DNA from: Nitrospirota bacterium
GTDB lineage: Bacteria > Nitrospirota > UBA9217
Direction of reading: 5' to 3'
DNA: 64,000 nucleotides
NCBI GenBank assembly: GCA_963845065.1
Contig: CAWJQQ010000009.1
Span: forward strand, 1,152,001-1,216,000
Below are positions 50,057-60,011 of the stretch, one piece after another. Numbering within the stretch: position 1 is the first letter of the stretch; the number at the start of each line of letters is the position of its first letter. Made by a program: the position numbers and the translations under genes. The notes beneath the pieces were generated by a model. The model was not told the origin of the DNA and searched no databases. It was given only the letters and a program-made list of their open reading frames with translations.

Positions 50057-50629
50057 TCACTGACCAGCCATCGGGCCTCTGTCGCGGTTGCGGTCTCGGG
50101 CATTTAAGATCATGCGCTGGATCTCATGGCGGAATTCCTGCTGGAAGAGCAGGAACTGAGCCTGCTGTTCAATGGTCAGGATATCCTTGAGCCCGCTAAA
50201 TTCCTTGTCTCGCAGTTCCTGCATGGAGTGCTGGTTTTTCTGGAGCTTGTCGAGATCGTCTTTAACCCTGGTCTCGTCAATTTTCGGAGATTTCAAAAAG
50301 ACGCGCATTTCGCGCATGGTCGCCATCTGCTCATGCACGATCCTTTGACGTTGCTGATCGAAAGAACTGAGAAGGGAAGCCAGCTTTGCGCTCGTCGTGG
50401 TGTCAAGCTTTAGTTTTTCCGTTAGGCGCCATATCCTGATTGTCTCTATCTTCTTTCTAATCTCTTCCCGTTGTTCTTCAGATAAGGTGTTGCCGCGGCG
50501 TGGCTGATTCTCCAGCCCCATCATGTCATCATGCTGACCGGCACGGGGACCTTGCTGAGCGAATAAAGTCGGCGTCATAGCACTGAACGCTGTTGTTATC
50601 AGCGCGAGAGAAATTACGAATGCTCTCAT
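50057..50629 (-). CDS. Periplasmic Spy/CpxP-like helical protein
   Basis: Signal peptide, ILT.EQQA motif; third gene of ECF operon. Confidence 0.7.
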   Translation of the reverse strand: MRAFVISLALITTAFSAMTPTLFAQQGPRAGQHDDMMGLENQPRRGNTLSEEQREEIRKKIETIRIWRLTEKLKLDTTTSAKLASLLSSFDQQRQRIVHEQMATMREMRVFLKSPKIDETRVKDDLDKLQKNQHSMQELRDKEFSGLKDILTIEQQAQFLLFQQEFRHEIQRMILNARDRNRDRGPMAGQ

Positions 50630-50631
50630 TA

Positions 50632-51258
50632 TTATCCCTCCCGTTTCCATTGATCGAGCATAATAGAAAGCCGTTTGGCTTCTTTAGTATTCAATTCGGT
50701 AATTTCTTCATATACATCCGTATCAGCTGTATTCGCCATAACAGGCGCAGCCTCTTGGGCGATCGAGATCATTTCTCCTCCTGCCCAAGTTGCAATAGTA
50801 TCGAGCTGGTTGTGGTCGAGGTCATTCAGAGGCACTGCGTCGGCAACCATGATATCGGAAGTGGGCTCATAACCTTGCGATACTGTAACTGTCATTGCGG
50901 GTCCTCTCTGCGGCGTTTGCACGGCAAACCACAAGATAACCACTGCCAGTCCGACCGTACTTGCAGCTATCACCCAGCGCGGCAGGATGAGCCGGTCCGT
51001 AAACCACGAAAGCTCAAAAGACCATTTCCTCGCCTTCTGCGCCATGACAGCACCAAACACGCGGCTAGGCATTTTGTCCCAGTACCCTTCACCGGGGTCA
51101 GGAACTGATTCCTCATGCATCAAATGAAGAAGAGCCAAGTCTGCTCTGCAATCTCCGCATGATTCTATGTGTATCCTGACTCTCTCCTGCTCCTGTTTAT
51201 CAAGCACCTGTTCTATATAAGCAGGGATTAATTCTTTTATGTCTTTATTATTGCACAT
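50632..51258 (-). CDS. Zinc-binding (ZAS) anti-sigma factor
   Basis: HxxxCxxC (HIESCGDC) followed by TM helix. Confidence 0.88.
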   Translation of the reverse strand: MCNNKDIKELIPAYIEQVLDKQEQERVRIHIESCGDCRADLALLHLMHEESVPDPGEGYWDKMPSRVFGAVMAQKARKWSFELSWFTDRLILPRWVIAASTVGLAVVILWFAVQTPQRGPAMTVTVSQGYEPTSDIMVADAVPLNDLDHNQLDTIATWAGGEMISIAQEAAPVMANTADTDVYEEITELNTKEAKRLSIMLDQWKREG

Positions 51259-51350
51259 AATAATTTTTGCAGGCGGCCGGCCACCTAGTAAATCAGGCCT
51301 GCAGCAACACTGCTACTCCTTCATTTGCTGTCTTGTTTATCACTTCCGTA

Positions 51351-51899
51351 TCATGACTGTTGACCGCTGTTTATTTTCAAAAAGATTGCTTTTAATTTCT
51401 GCACTCCGTGATGAAAATTCGCTTTTGCAGTGCCTACAGAGCATTTCATAATTCCAGCTATTTCCTCAAATTTCTTTTCACTCTGCACCCTCAGCATCAG
51501 CGTGATGCGCTGCTTTTCAGGCAGCCGAGCAAGAGCTTGTCGAAGCAGCTGTCGATTCTCATTGGCGATCATGTTTTCAAGCGTCCGAGGGGCCCTCTTG
51601 ATTATAACGTCGTCAATAGGTATCTGTTCGATCCGTGAGCGTTCGCGGTATACGTTCTTGGCAAGGTTGATCGCGATCTGATACAACCAGGTTTTAAACG
51701 TCGCTCTGCGCTCGAACGTCTTCAAGCCGGTAAATGCCTTGACAAAGGTCTTTTGCAATAAGTCCGAAGCATCTTCATGGTTTCCTACCATTCGGTAGAG
51801 CATTGCGTAGAGCGGCTTCTGGTATTTTCTGACCAAGTCATTGAATGCTTCTCGCTCGCCGGCTTCGGTTCTGTTGATTAGATCGAGATCTTCGTCCAT
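51351..51899 (-). CDS. ECF RNA polymerase sigma factor
   Basis: DASDLLQKTF, F.TWLYQIA.N, LPEKQR, EIA..M.CSVGT.K. Confidence 0.95.
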   Translation of the reverse strand: MDEDLDLINRTEAGEREAFNDLVRKYQKPLYAMLYRMVGNHEDASDLLQKTFVKAFTGLKTFERRATFKTWLYQIAINLAKNVYRERSRIEQIPIDDVIIKRAPRTLENMIANENRQLLRQALARLPEKQRITLMLRVQSEKKFEEIAGIMKCSVGTAKANFHHGVQKLKAIFLKINSGQQS

Positions 51900-51923
51900 A
51901 CATGTGCCGTCTGCTGATTAATA

Positions 51924-51949
51924 AGACACCAATCACGGGAAAAGGTTGA
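51924..51949 (-). promoter_or_regulatory. Candidate autoregulatory ECF promoter
   Basis: TCAACC-N16-GTCT just upstream of the sigma gene. Confidence 0.5.
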
Positions 51950-52374
51950 ATAGAATGCATTTCATCCTGGAAAGCGTAGGAGACTCATTTGATTGTAATA
52001 CATAAAACAAAAAAAGTGTTTTATTTGCTGTTCTAATGCCTTATCGCTGACATCATTAGTTTAAAATTAGATTCTTTAGTAGGATCAACCCTATAACAGA
52101 CCACAACAAAACGCTTTTTCTGAGGCTGCTTAATTTTTACGCAACAAAGCTTTGGCACACCGCTGTGTGGCAGACTAAAAAATCAGTAATGACACATAAA
52201 ATATACACCTACTCGGACCTCTGCCTCTATGACGATAGTAAATAAGAGCATCCTCTATGCTGACCACAGCCCATGGTTGAAACCAGGATTTTGCGCAAGG
52301 GCAGTACTCTCAAAATGCTCACGCAGTGCTAGAGCCTGAATTGGGAATCCTCGGCTTTCAGACGAGGGATGATG

Positions 52375-54486
52375 TCAACTCGACGAATTTGCCGACTCCC
52401 GTTCAGCATGCTTTGCGTTATGGTACAGGCAAACGCGGTTTCTTCCCGTTCGTTTGGCATAATACAGCGCGTCGTCGGCCATCGTCACCAGGTCGACCAT
52501 GTTTTTTGTGTCCGATGGAAACGAACTGACGCCAATACTGACTGTGACCCGCAACTCTCCGTCAGACACCCGCATTACAAGGGTTTTTTCCAGAATATCC
52601 CTGATCCGTTCTCCCATTTGTTCCGCGCCTTTACTGTCAGTTTCTACCATACCTACGGCGAATTCTTCGCCGCCATAGCGAGCTATGAAGTCAGAACCAC
52701 GTGCGGTTTCTTTTAGGACTTTGGAAACGGTCTTGATTGCCACATCGCCCACAGGGTGGCCATACTTGTCGTTAACATTCTTGAATTTGTCAATGTCCAT
52801 GAGCAGGATGGAGAAAGGGCGTGGGTCGCGATCGAGACGCTTATATTCTTCAGCGAGTTTTTCCATAAAGGTACGGTGGTTCAGGAGACCGGTCAAACCG
52901 TCGGTCCTGGCCATGTCGCGAATTTTCTGGTGAAGCAAATTGTTGTCCACAACCATGGACACTTGATTCAACAGAGTGTCCAGAAAATTGCGGTGGTACT
53001 CGGTGAAGGTGTTCGTGCGGACGGACCCGAGGAATGCCACTCCGATGAATTTATCGCGGGCAACAAGCGGCCTACCGAAGATCGATTTGATGGGTTGCTG
53101 GAGTTCTTTCATGGGAAATAGGCCGATCCCCTTGCCCCGGTCTCCGAGATCGGGATCGTGATAGCTAGTATAGACCCCGCGGTCGTGCCACTGGCTCAAC
53201 ATATGGGTAAGGATAGCACTCTGCTCCAGGAGAAACCGGTTGTTGGTGAACCTGGTGTCATAACCTCTCAGCGCTGTAATCACCGCTTCTTTTGTCTGTT
53301 CATCATAGAGTAGGAAAGCGCAATAATCGTAAGGTACCACAGATCTGATCTGCGTGGTCAGCTTTTCCAGAACTTCACTGATCTCAAGACTGCTGTTCAA
53401 GATCGAACTCATTTCATTGAGCGCGGCAAAGTTCTTCGCTCGAATGTCCATCTCAACAGATATCTTGATCTTTTCTATGATCTGGCTGAAGAAGGGGATG
53501 AAGCGGATCAAAGTCTCCTGGATTTTTCCGGGAAAGGCATCCTGTTCAAGGCTGTCGACTGCAATGACGCCAAAAACCTGATCGCCTTGAACTATTGGTA
53601 CTGCGAGAAATGATTTTATAGGGACATCTCGTGTGTAATATTTGAGGCTGGTTACTGGAACAACCAGGGATGGCAGATACTGCAGTTGTTTTTGGGCGGC
53701 ACAGATGCCAATAAGACCCTGGTCCCGAGAAAATTTAATAGTTTCTGTGGACAAATCGCGGCTCTGACTCCGTAAACCCCGCAGCACGTACACTCCCTCA
53801 AGGCGGTCATCGAGAAAGAGTGCATAGGTATGGGCCGGCACTAGATCGGAGATCATATCAATGAGAGCACTGAATGCGCCTTCCCGTTCCCGTGCCGCAC
53901 TGACATAGGTTGCCTGCCGTTTTTTCTCGGTCAATGCCTCAACGTTTGTTCCGCCTGCGAGCGGGTCCACGGCATCAGCATCGGAAATCAACTTTGCATA
54001 ATTGTCTTTGGCTGTTTTGGCCTCGCTCCTGATCAAGTGGGTGATATATGCAGTTATGAACGCAACGCCTGCAAGCGAAACACCAAAGCCGCCAAAGGTA
54101 TACCAGTGGCTTATATCGTTCTGGCCAGAAATAATGATATTGAGCGCTTCGATAGCCAGGATAAGCCCGACCACAGGGTATGCCCAGTTGCGGCGTTGAA
54201 ATGCAGCAATCGAGGTCAGAAGAAAGTAGAGTGGGAAGATCGGTGAATGAGGACCTCCGGTTAACTGGATGAGAAAATTAAGCCCGATGATAGCGAGTAT
54301 TGTAAAGGGAAAGCCATCGTTATGTTCTTTGGTGAAGAGTGCTTGGTAAGAAATGGAGAAAGCGAGGGAAAGGAATCCAGCGAGCCAAATGACCAGAAGA
54401 CGTCCCGAAGGGGCCGGTTTGAGAAATAATCCCAGTCCGGCAGCGATACAGTAGAGGATCAGGCCGGAAAGAATGATTTTTCTCAC
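52375..54486 (-). CDS. Membrane GAF-GAF-GGDEF diguanylate cyclase
   Basis: N-terminal TMs, two GAF-like domains, DGLTGL.N, DIDKFK.VND.YGH, RYGGEEF. Confidence 0.93.
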   Translation of the reverse strand: MRKIILSGLILYCIAAGLGLFLKPAPSGRLLVIWLAGFLSLAFSISYQALFTKEHNDGFPFTILAIIGLNFLIQLTGGPHSPIFPLYFLLTSIAAFQRRNWAYPVVGLILAIEALNIIISGQNDISHWYTFGGFGVSLAGVAFITAYITHLIRSEAKTAKDNYAKLISDADAVDPLAGGTNVEALTEKKRQATYVSAAREREGAFSALIDMISDLVPAHTYALFLDDRLEGVYVLRGLRSQSRDLSTETIKFSRDQGLIGICAAQKQLQYLPSLVVPVTSLKYYTRDVPIKSFLAVPIVQGDQVFGVIAVDSLEQDAFPGKIQETLIRFIPFFSQIIEKIKISVEMDIRAKNFAALNEMSSILNSSLEISEVLEKLTTQIRSVVPYDYCAFLLYDEQTKEAVITALRGYDTRFTNNRFLLEQSAILTHMLSQWHDRGVYTSYHDPDLGDRGKGIGLFPMKELQQPIKSIFGRPLVARDKFIGVAFLGSVRTNTFTEYHRNFLDTLLNQVSMVVDNNLLHQKIRDMARTDGLTGLLNHRTFMEKLAEEYKRLDRDPRPFSILLMDIDKFKNVNDKYGHPVGDVAIKTVSKVLKETARGSDFIARYGGEEFAVGMVETDSKGAEQMGERIRDILEKTLVMRVSDGELRVTVSIGVSSFPSDTKNMVDLVTMADDALYYAKRTGRNRVCLYHNAKHAERESANSSS

Positions 54487-54761
54487 ACTTTTTTTCTCCT
54501 GTGCATCTCATCTTCAAAGTATTTCCGATAAAGGACATCCCATTCACGGCTGCCCTCGGGAACTTTACGGGACAACGACTGGATCATGCGGCGGGCGGCC
54601 TCGTCAGCATCATCTTCGAACTTTAACTCGTCGTTGATAGTCCGCTTGATCTCACGAAGAAGCTTTTCCTCCGGCTGGAGCACATCAACGGTTTTGTCCT
54701 GAACCAGTTTGTCCAGAATCAGGTGCGAGAGGTGGGATATTCTGTCTTCGCTTAATCTCAC
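54483..54761 (-). CDS. DUF507-family protein
   Basis: MRLSEDRISHL...VPEGSREWDVLYRKY. Confidence 0.8.
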   Translation of the reverse strand: MRLSEDRISHLSHLILDKLVQDKTVDVLQPEEKLLREIKRTINDELKFEDDADEAARRMIQSLSRKVPEGSREWDVLYRKYFEDEMHRRKKV

Positions 54762-55039
54762 AGAACCATACCTCGTTCTTTCGCTAGCTTCTGCTTTGTC
54801 AGTTCAAACACCTTACGATAGTCCATATTGCCTTTTTTTATCTCTGTCTCATATGCGGCAAGGATCTTTTCAACGTCTATATTGAGTTTATCCTCTTCCA
54901 GCATATTCGCGGTGATCACCTCGGCTAGCTTGGAGGCGATCTCAGCCTTCGGGACATCGTACTCGGCCAAACCTTTGCTCGCCATGTTCGAGGCGATCGC
55001 ATTAGCGATATGCTTGATCATTTCTTTGGGAAGACGCAT
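54758..55039 (-). CDS. DUF507-family protein
   Basis: MRL...ED.LN..V...L...DYRK.F...K.KLAKERG.VL. Confidence 0.8.
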   Translation of the reverse strand: MRLPKEMIKHIANAIASNMASKGLAEYDVPKAEIASKLAEVITANMLEEDKLNIDVEKILAAYETEIKKGNMDYRKVFELTKQKLAKERGMVL

Positions 55040-55178
55040 TGAATCACCTTAGACGCATTATATCAGAATCAGTTCAAAAGTGAAAAGAAAAGTGCCGAAT
55101 GTGTCGAATGAGAGGTATGGGCAAAGTGGAGGGCACCAAACGCCACGGTTACAAAATCGCATTGATAGCGAGACTTTT

Positions 55179-56111
55179 TTATATTTTCAAAACAGAGCCT
55201 CGCACCTTTCGAAAGTCAGCCCAGATATCTACAATCCCTAGAGCAATGGCGAATACGATGGAAGGCATGGCCAAAACAAGCGCTAGGATCAACCCTCGCA
55301 TGAATGGCCTGATACGCACCTTTTTGAGATAATATTCCACGATTGCGGTGCCCTGGGCCAGATACACGACAGCAAAGAGAATTGCGAGGTTCCAGCCGAT
55401 AAGTCGTGACAGTTCGTTCGGGATAACGAGGATTGCTAGCGTGACAATCAAGCCCCACACCCAGGAATCAGGTGCGTGCCACAAGGCGAGGGCCGTCTGA
55501 CCTGCAAGCGGGGAAGAAACCTCTTTCTTTAAAATAACCGCTCGGCTGATGCCGTAACATGTTGCTGCTTGGATGACGGACGTTGCGATCGTGATGGCAG
55601 GAATGAGCCTTACGAGATAGTGGACGAAGGAATCCGTTACCGCAGTGACCATGGTTGCCATATCTTTTAGTCCCATCTTGGTATAAACTGCCGCTGCTTC
55701 TGCAATGCTTGTCCGAAGATACTCTTCAATGGCGGCTATCGGGCTCTTGCCTGCACGAACGAAGTAGAAAGCAGCTAATATCCCGATGACCGCTATCGGG
55801 AAAAGGCCTCCTAAGAGAGAGATCTGTTCTGGCTTCATCTGTTTGCGCATACCTTCGGCGATTACAACTGCCATCAACCCGAACGTACACAGGAGAATGG
55901 CTGCAGCCTGCCATCCACCGAGGATGGCGATCAGGGCAGCAGAAGTTCCGAGGGCGATAAGACCCTCTACTCTGCCACGGCGGAGAGATAGCAAAATCAG
56001 TGGAACTGGTGTTAACAAAGCGAGTATTTGTCCTATGACTGGAATGATAAAGCCAGCTGCATACAGTCCCACAGTCTGAATCGTGGCGACGAATGTTGCT
56101 CGGTAATTCAT
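55179..56111 (-). CDS. YybS/DUF2232 membrane protein
   Basis: Multi-TM, QG.AIV.YY, LG..D.W.DFR; downstream of rpsR. Confidence 0.85.
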   Translation of the reverse strand: MNYRATFVATIQTVGLYAAGFIIPVIGQILALLTPVPLILLSLRRGRVEGLIALGTSAALIAILGGWQAAAILLCTFGLMAVVIAEGMRKQMKPEQISLLGGLFPIAVIGILAAFYFVRAGKSPIAAIEEYLRTSIAEAAAVYTKMGLKDMATMVTAVTDSFVHYLVRLIPAITIATSVIQAATCYGISRAVILKKEVSSPLAGQTALALWHAPDSWVWGLIVTLAILVIPNELSRLIGWNLAILFAVVYLAQGTAIVEYYLKKVRIRPFMRGLILALVLAMPSIVFAIALGIVDIWADFRKVRGSVLKI

Positions 56112-56406
56112 TGAAATCTCCTGATAATAAAATAAACAGTACACCGCGGACAATCTAAGATGGACACTGGTAGCAAGGCCTTAAGCGGGAAATCATTCTT
56201 CGATTTCATAATGTCGGATCAAGTAAATTATCCGTGGCTAGAGAGAATTGCTTTTCATTGCTATCGTCAGTATAGAAAACATTACCATGCACAAATTCAA
56301 TAAAAACCAAAGAAAAGGGGAAATCCAGGGTCACTGGAAAGTAACCGCTGAGTTTCCCCTATCCCTATTAATTATGAATGGTGTAGACTGCCGCCGACGT
56401 GCTTGC

Positions 56407-56748
56407 CTATTTCTCGCCTGCGAATGGTATCAACGCGATGTTCCTGCATCGCTGCACCGCCACGGTTACCTCTCGCTGATGCCGAGCGCAGTTACCCGAT
56501 ATCCGGCGTGGAAGGATTTTGCCACGTTCGGTGATGAAGAATCGGAGTGTCTTTACATCTTTGTAATCGACAAAGGGAGACTTGTCCACACAGAACCGGC
56601 AGACTTTTTTTCGGATTTGGAAGCGTCTCCTTTTGTCGCCGCCTCCACCTCGGGAATCCCTGCTGTCTCCCCTGTCTTTTCCTCTGTTATCGGAACCTCT
56701 ATCGGATGGTCTTGATGGACCTGATGGTCTTGAATGAAACTCTGCCAT
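56407..56748 (-). CDS. rpsR: 30S ribosomal protein S18 (N-terminal R/G/D extension)
   Basis: [23 protein letters not shown]. Confidence 0.97.
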   Translation of the reverse strand: MAEFHSRPSGPSRPSDRGSDNRGKDRGDSRDSRGGGGDKRRRFQIRKKVCRFCVDKSPFVDYKDVKTLRFFITERGKILPRRISGNCARHQREVTVAVQRCRNIALIPFAGEK

Positions 56749-56807
56749 AGTAATGTGCTCCTCTTGGAATTAGTGTCAGTAATTAATACTGATTATGAAG
56801 CCCGGCT

Positions 56808-57218
56808 TCAAAAAGGTATCTCCCCTTCATCCACCGGGGCTTCGGGCGTAGTTTCAGGATGGCTGTCGCCGCCCCCCTTGCCGATTGATGAGCGTTTGGG
56901 CATGAAGTTTACAGACTGGGCAACGACTTCCAGCTTGTTTCTCTTCTGCCCCTCCTCGGTTTCCCATCGCCGCTGCTGAAGCCTGCCATCGATCAGGACA
57001 GAATCGCCCTTATTAATGTATTGACCACAGGACTCCGCCTGTTTCCCAAACACTACGATATCGATGTAGCTAACTTCTTCCTTGGTCTCGTCACCCTGTT
57101 TATACTTGCGGTTAACCGCGATAGCGAAGCTTGCCACCGCAATGCCGTTCGGGGTGTAACGGACCTCGGGATCGCGGGTGAGATTGCCCAGCAGAATAAC
57201 TTTGTTAAAGCTCGTCAT
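56808..57218 (-). CDS. ssb: Single-stranded DNA-binding protein
   Basis: NKVIL.GNLTRDPE, C-terminal EIPF. Confidence 0.97.
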   Translation of the reverse strand: MTSFNKVILLGNLTRDPEVRYTPNGIAVASFAIAVNRKYKQGDETKEEVSYIDIVVFGKQAESCGQYINKGDSVLIDGRLQQRRWETEEGQKRNKLEVVAQSVNFMPKRSSIGKGGGDSHPETTPEAPVDEGEIPF

Positions 57219-57298
57219 GGTGCTCCCTCGATTTTCTCACGCACTGCCACGAACCATTCAGGATGCGGGCAGCGGACTGGTTGTCCTGCGGTCAAAAG

Positions 57299-57667
57299 CT
57301 AGGCTGTTGTGGCCGGACCGCTTTCGGCGGCCTTCGCGATATCTTTCTTTTTTGGCTTTGGCGGTTCTTTAACGCGCAGTTCTTTCTCAAGCTTGACCGT
57401 CAAAAACTTGATTACGGAGTCCGTCAGCTTGTAGGTGCGCTCGAGTTCGGCAATGGCTGCAGGAGCTGCCTTGAATTGGAAGAAGGCATAGTGGCCGCGC
57501 TTTTGCTTCTTGATCTCGTAGGCCAGCTTTTTCTTGCCCCAGTCCTCAAACTTCGTCATTTCACCGCCTTGCTTGATGATGACATCCTGCATCTTCTTAA
57601 TGACGTTTGCTGTTTCTTCGTCGGAAAGGTTGGCATTAATGATGAAGATAGATTCGTAAATCGGCAT
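57299..57667 (-). CDS. rpsF: 30S ribosomal protein S6
   Basis: YE..FII, WG.KKLAYEI.K...G.Y. Confidence 0.97.
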   Translation of the reverse strand: MPIYESIFIINANLSDEETANVIKKMQDVIIKQGGEMTKFEDWGKKKLAYEIKKQKRGHYAFFQFKAAPAAIAELERTYKLTDSVIKFLTVKLEKELRVKEPPKPKKKDIAKAAESGPATTA

Positions 57668-57674
57668 GTGCTTT

Positions 57675-57722
57675 CCCTCCTTATGGGTTATAGCCCCCCG
57701 TCTGGTGCGGGGAGCAAGGAGT
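57675..57722 (-). ncRNA. S6:S18 ribosomal protein leader RNA
   Basis: CTCCTTG-CTCCCCG-loop-CGGGGGG...CCC-ATAAGGAGG: stem pairing with the SD and unpaired CCC. Confidence 0.7.
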
Positions 57723-57826
57723 ATCCCGCAATCGTGCGTATAAACGGGAATCGACCTTACTCTTTTTTAGAATTTGAACCTTATCATATGCGTGCTGAAA
57801 AATCAAGCCTTTTCTCGTACATTTAC

Positions 57827-57880
57827 GGAAATCTCCTTTCAAAGCTCCTGGTCTCAACTATGGGGATGAAAGCGGGAACC
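57827..57880 (+). mobile_element. Degenerate IS200/IS605 left end
   Basis: TTAC-N14-AAAG-CTCCTGGTCTCAACTATGGGG-ATGAA.GCGGGAAC, same spacing as 47473-47529. Confidence 0.75.
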
Positions 57881-57987
57881 CTTCTGTACCCTTTTTTTTT
57901 TGCTGGTAATTATGCTATAATTGATTTGTAAATTTGGAGTTAAAATACCAGAGAGGTGAGGCGCTGATATACAAAAAGGAGCTCCCC

Positions 57988-58791
57988 ATGATGAAACTAT
58001 TTCGTTATTTGTTCGGACTGATACTCTTATTGTGCGTCATTATACTCGTCACACACGCGGCAACGGCAACGAAAAGCCGCTTAGACAGCGGTTCCTATTA
58101 CACTGACCCCACTACCGGCATGGAATTCGTACTCGTCAAAGGCGGCTGTTACCAGATGGGTAACACCTTCGAGGATGGTTATATTAATGAAAAGCCCGTG
58201 CATGAGGTCTGCGTGGATGATTATTATATCGGTAAGTTCGCAGTTACTCAGGGCCAATGGAAAGCAGTGATGGGAGACAATCCATCTTTTTATTCATCCT
58301 GCGGTGATAACTGCCCGGTTGAGAGCGTGAGTTGGGACGATGCGCAGGATTATATTGATAAATTGAGCGCACAGACAGGGAAAAAGTACCATCTTCCAAC
58401 CGAAGCGGAATGGGAGTACGCTGCGCGGAGCGGCGGCAAAAAAGAGAAGTGGGCGGGCACTAGTGATTTTAAGAAGATTGATGATTATGCCTGGCTGCAG
58501 GACAATTCGGAGAAGAAAACTCACCCTGTTGGCATGAAGAAGCCGAACGGCCTTGGGCTCTACGACATGATCGGGAACGTGTGTGAGTGGGCAAACGATG
58601 GGTATGATCATGACTACTACAAGAAAAGCCCGAAAATGAATCCTGAGGGCGCATATATCGACGACGTTCGGGTGTTTCGTGGTGGCAGCTGGCGCACCAA
58701 GCCGAGGCGCGCTCGGGCAACCAATCGCTGCGCTGCCAGCACGAGCATCAGGTGCAGCGGTCTGGGCTTCCGCCTCGCCATGACTCTGTAA
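57988..58791 (+). CDS. Exported FGE-sulfatase (CLec-fold) domain protein
   Basis: Signal peptide, LPTEAEWEYAAR, GLYDMIGNV.EW, RGGSW, GFRL. Confidence 0.92.
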   Translation: MMKLFRYLFGLILLLCVIILVTHAATATKSRLDSGSYYTDPTTGMEFVLVKGGCYQMGNTFEDGYINEKPVHEVCVDDYYIGKFAVTQGQWKAVMGDNPSFYSSCGDNCPVESVSWDDAQDYIDKLSAQTGKKYHLPTEAEWEYAARSGGKKEKWAGTSDFKKIDDYAWLQDNSEKKTHPVGMKKPNGLGLYDMIGNVCEWANDGYDHDYYKKSPKMNPEGAYIDDVRVFRGGSWRTKPRRARATNRCAASTSIRCSGLGFRLAMTL

Positions 58792-58836
58792 CTTTTATGG
58801 TTTTTTAATTCAAAGATAGGAACGCCACTGCTTTAC

Positions 58837-59876
58837 CAAATCATCCGCAGAAAGCCCCTGGTTTTAACCGTGGGGAAGAATACGGAGACTTAACGTCTCG
58901 ACAATTGCTAGACATATGTTCATCTATATGGTATATTTAACATAACAATGCCATGTAATAAATTAAAAACCCCCTCTTTCATCCATGAGTTTCAACTCGT
59001 AACTACCAACAAAGACAAATTGCCGGAGAGACTGTTGATACCTCCATCTGAACCGTTCCTAAAATATAGCTTTTTATCCATACTAGCTATAACGGCAGCC
59101 GAACAGTGCTGCTGCCGGTTAACGTCAGGGATTCTCGCCCTGATTCACACAAGCGCCTTTTTACTACTCGGCAACACACCTGACGCCTTCCCGATATCGA
59201 GTGAACCACAATCATCGGCAGGTGGCCAGGAGGTGAGCACTGTCATTCCATGCAACGATTCATGTTGAGATTCAGCGCTGCCTGTAGAGCCCTGTAAGGG
59301 CCGCCTTCTAGAGGAAAGTCCATCCGTACGGGCACGAACCCCGCTTTCCTTTGACCTGCGCCAGTATTTCCTTACATATTCAGAACCGAATCTCATCAGC
59401 CGATCGCGATGTTCGACAACGATAATACTTACCGCTGGATTTGCAAGCAGCTTCATGAGCTTTGGCCAATGCCCGTTCAGACCTGAACCGATCTCCGTAA
59501 CAGCCATGGTAACAGCCAATTTCTGCGACGCGGCAAACTGTGACAACCGGCCGATTTGCGCGTCCAGGTCGTTTTTCTGGTCATGGCTGGATACTCTGGC
59601 ATAAAGAGCCGCAGCCCCCGTTGAATCCGTTTTTTGCTCTTTGATGATAATAGTGCCGGACGGCATCTGTTCCGCTTCAACCGGCAGCTTGCCGGCCTTC
59701 CACCAGTTCCATGCCGCTTTGTATGTAATCTCCTGTTGTTTGGCCCCCCTGGTTTAAGCAGGTAGTCCGACAATTCAATTTTTGACAAATTGCCAAACGT
59801 AAATTCAAATAGATATGAGGTCAAAAACCAAAAAAAGCTATAGTTGGACAGCCTATTAGACATGGGGAGTGGTGAG
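58837..59876 (+). mobile_element. Decayed IS605-derived mosaic element
   Basis: Left end nearly identical to 47477 copy, first ~24 codons of tnpB, foreign DNA, inverted IS607 tnpA fragment, half right end TTAGACATGGGG-AGTGG-TGAG. Confidence 0.75.
59373..59745 (-). pseudogene. IS607-family serine transposase (tnpA) fragment
   Basis: AKQQ.ITY.AAW.WWKAGKLP HTH, LYARVSSHDQK.DL, EIGSGLN, VEHRDRL.RFG; both ends truncated. Confidence 0.88.
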
Positions 59877-60011
59877 AACGGGTTGCCAGCCTATTCTGCT
59901 GTCGCATAAGTATTTTTTATTGACAAAACATGCATACTGTTTTAATATCAATTTTACTTTTTAAATTGAGTGGTTAGAAGACTGATTTCTTTGGAAAAGA
60001 GAGGGTTAACG

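Noticed and set aside
52151..52167. Sigma54 box TTGGCAC
   Set aside because: -12 element mismatched and no + strand gene downstream.
57263..57931. 222-aa + strand ORF and the many other antisense/overlapping ORFs in the track
   Set aside because: Shadows of well-supported genes on the opposite strand or frame, with no recognisable motifs.
59311..59321. RNase P conserved motif GAGGAAAGTCC
   Set aside because: Other RNase P conserved regions are absent and the segment sits in IS debris.
59020..59372. Group I/II intron (IStron) in the decayed element
   Set aside because: Could not identify P7 or a complete domain V; hairpins alone are insufficient.
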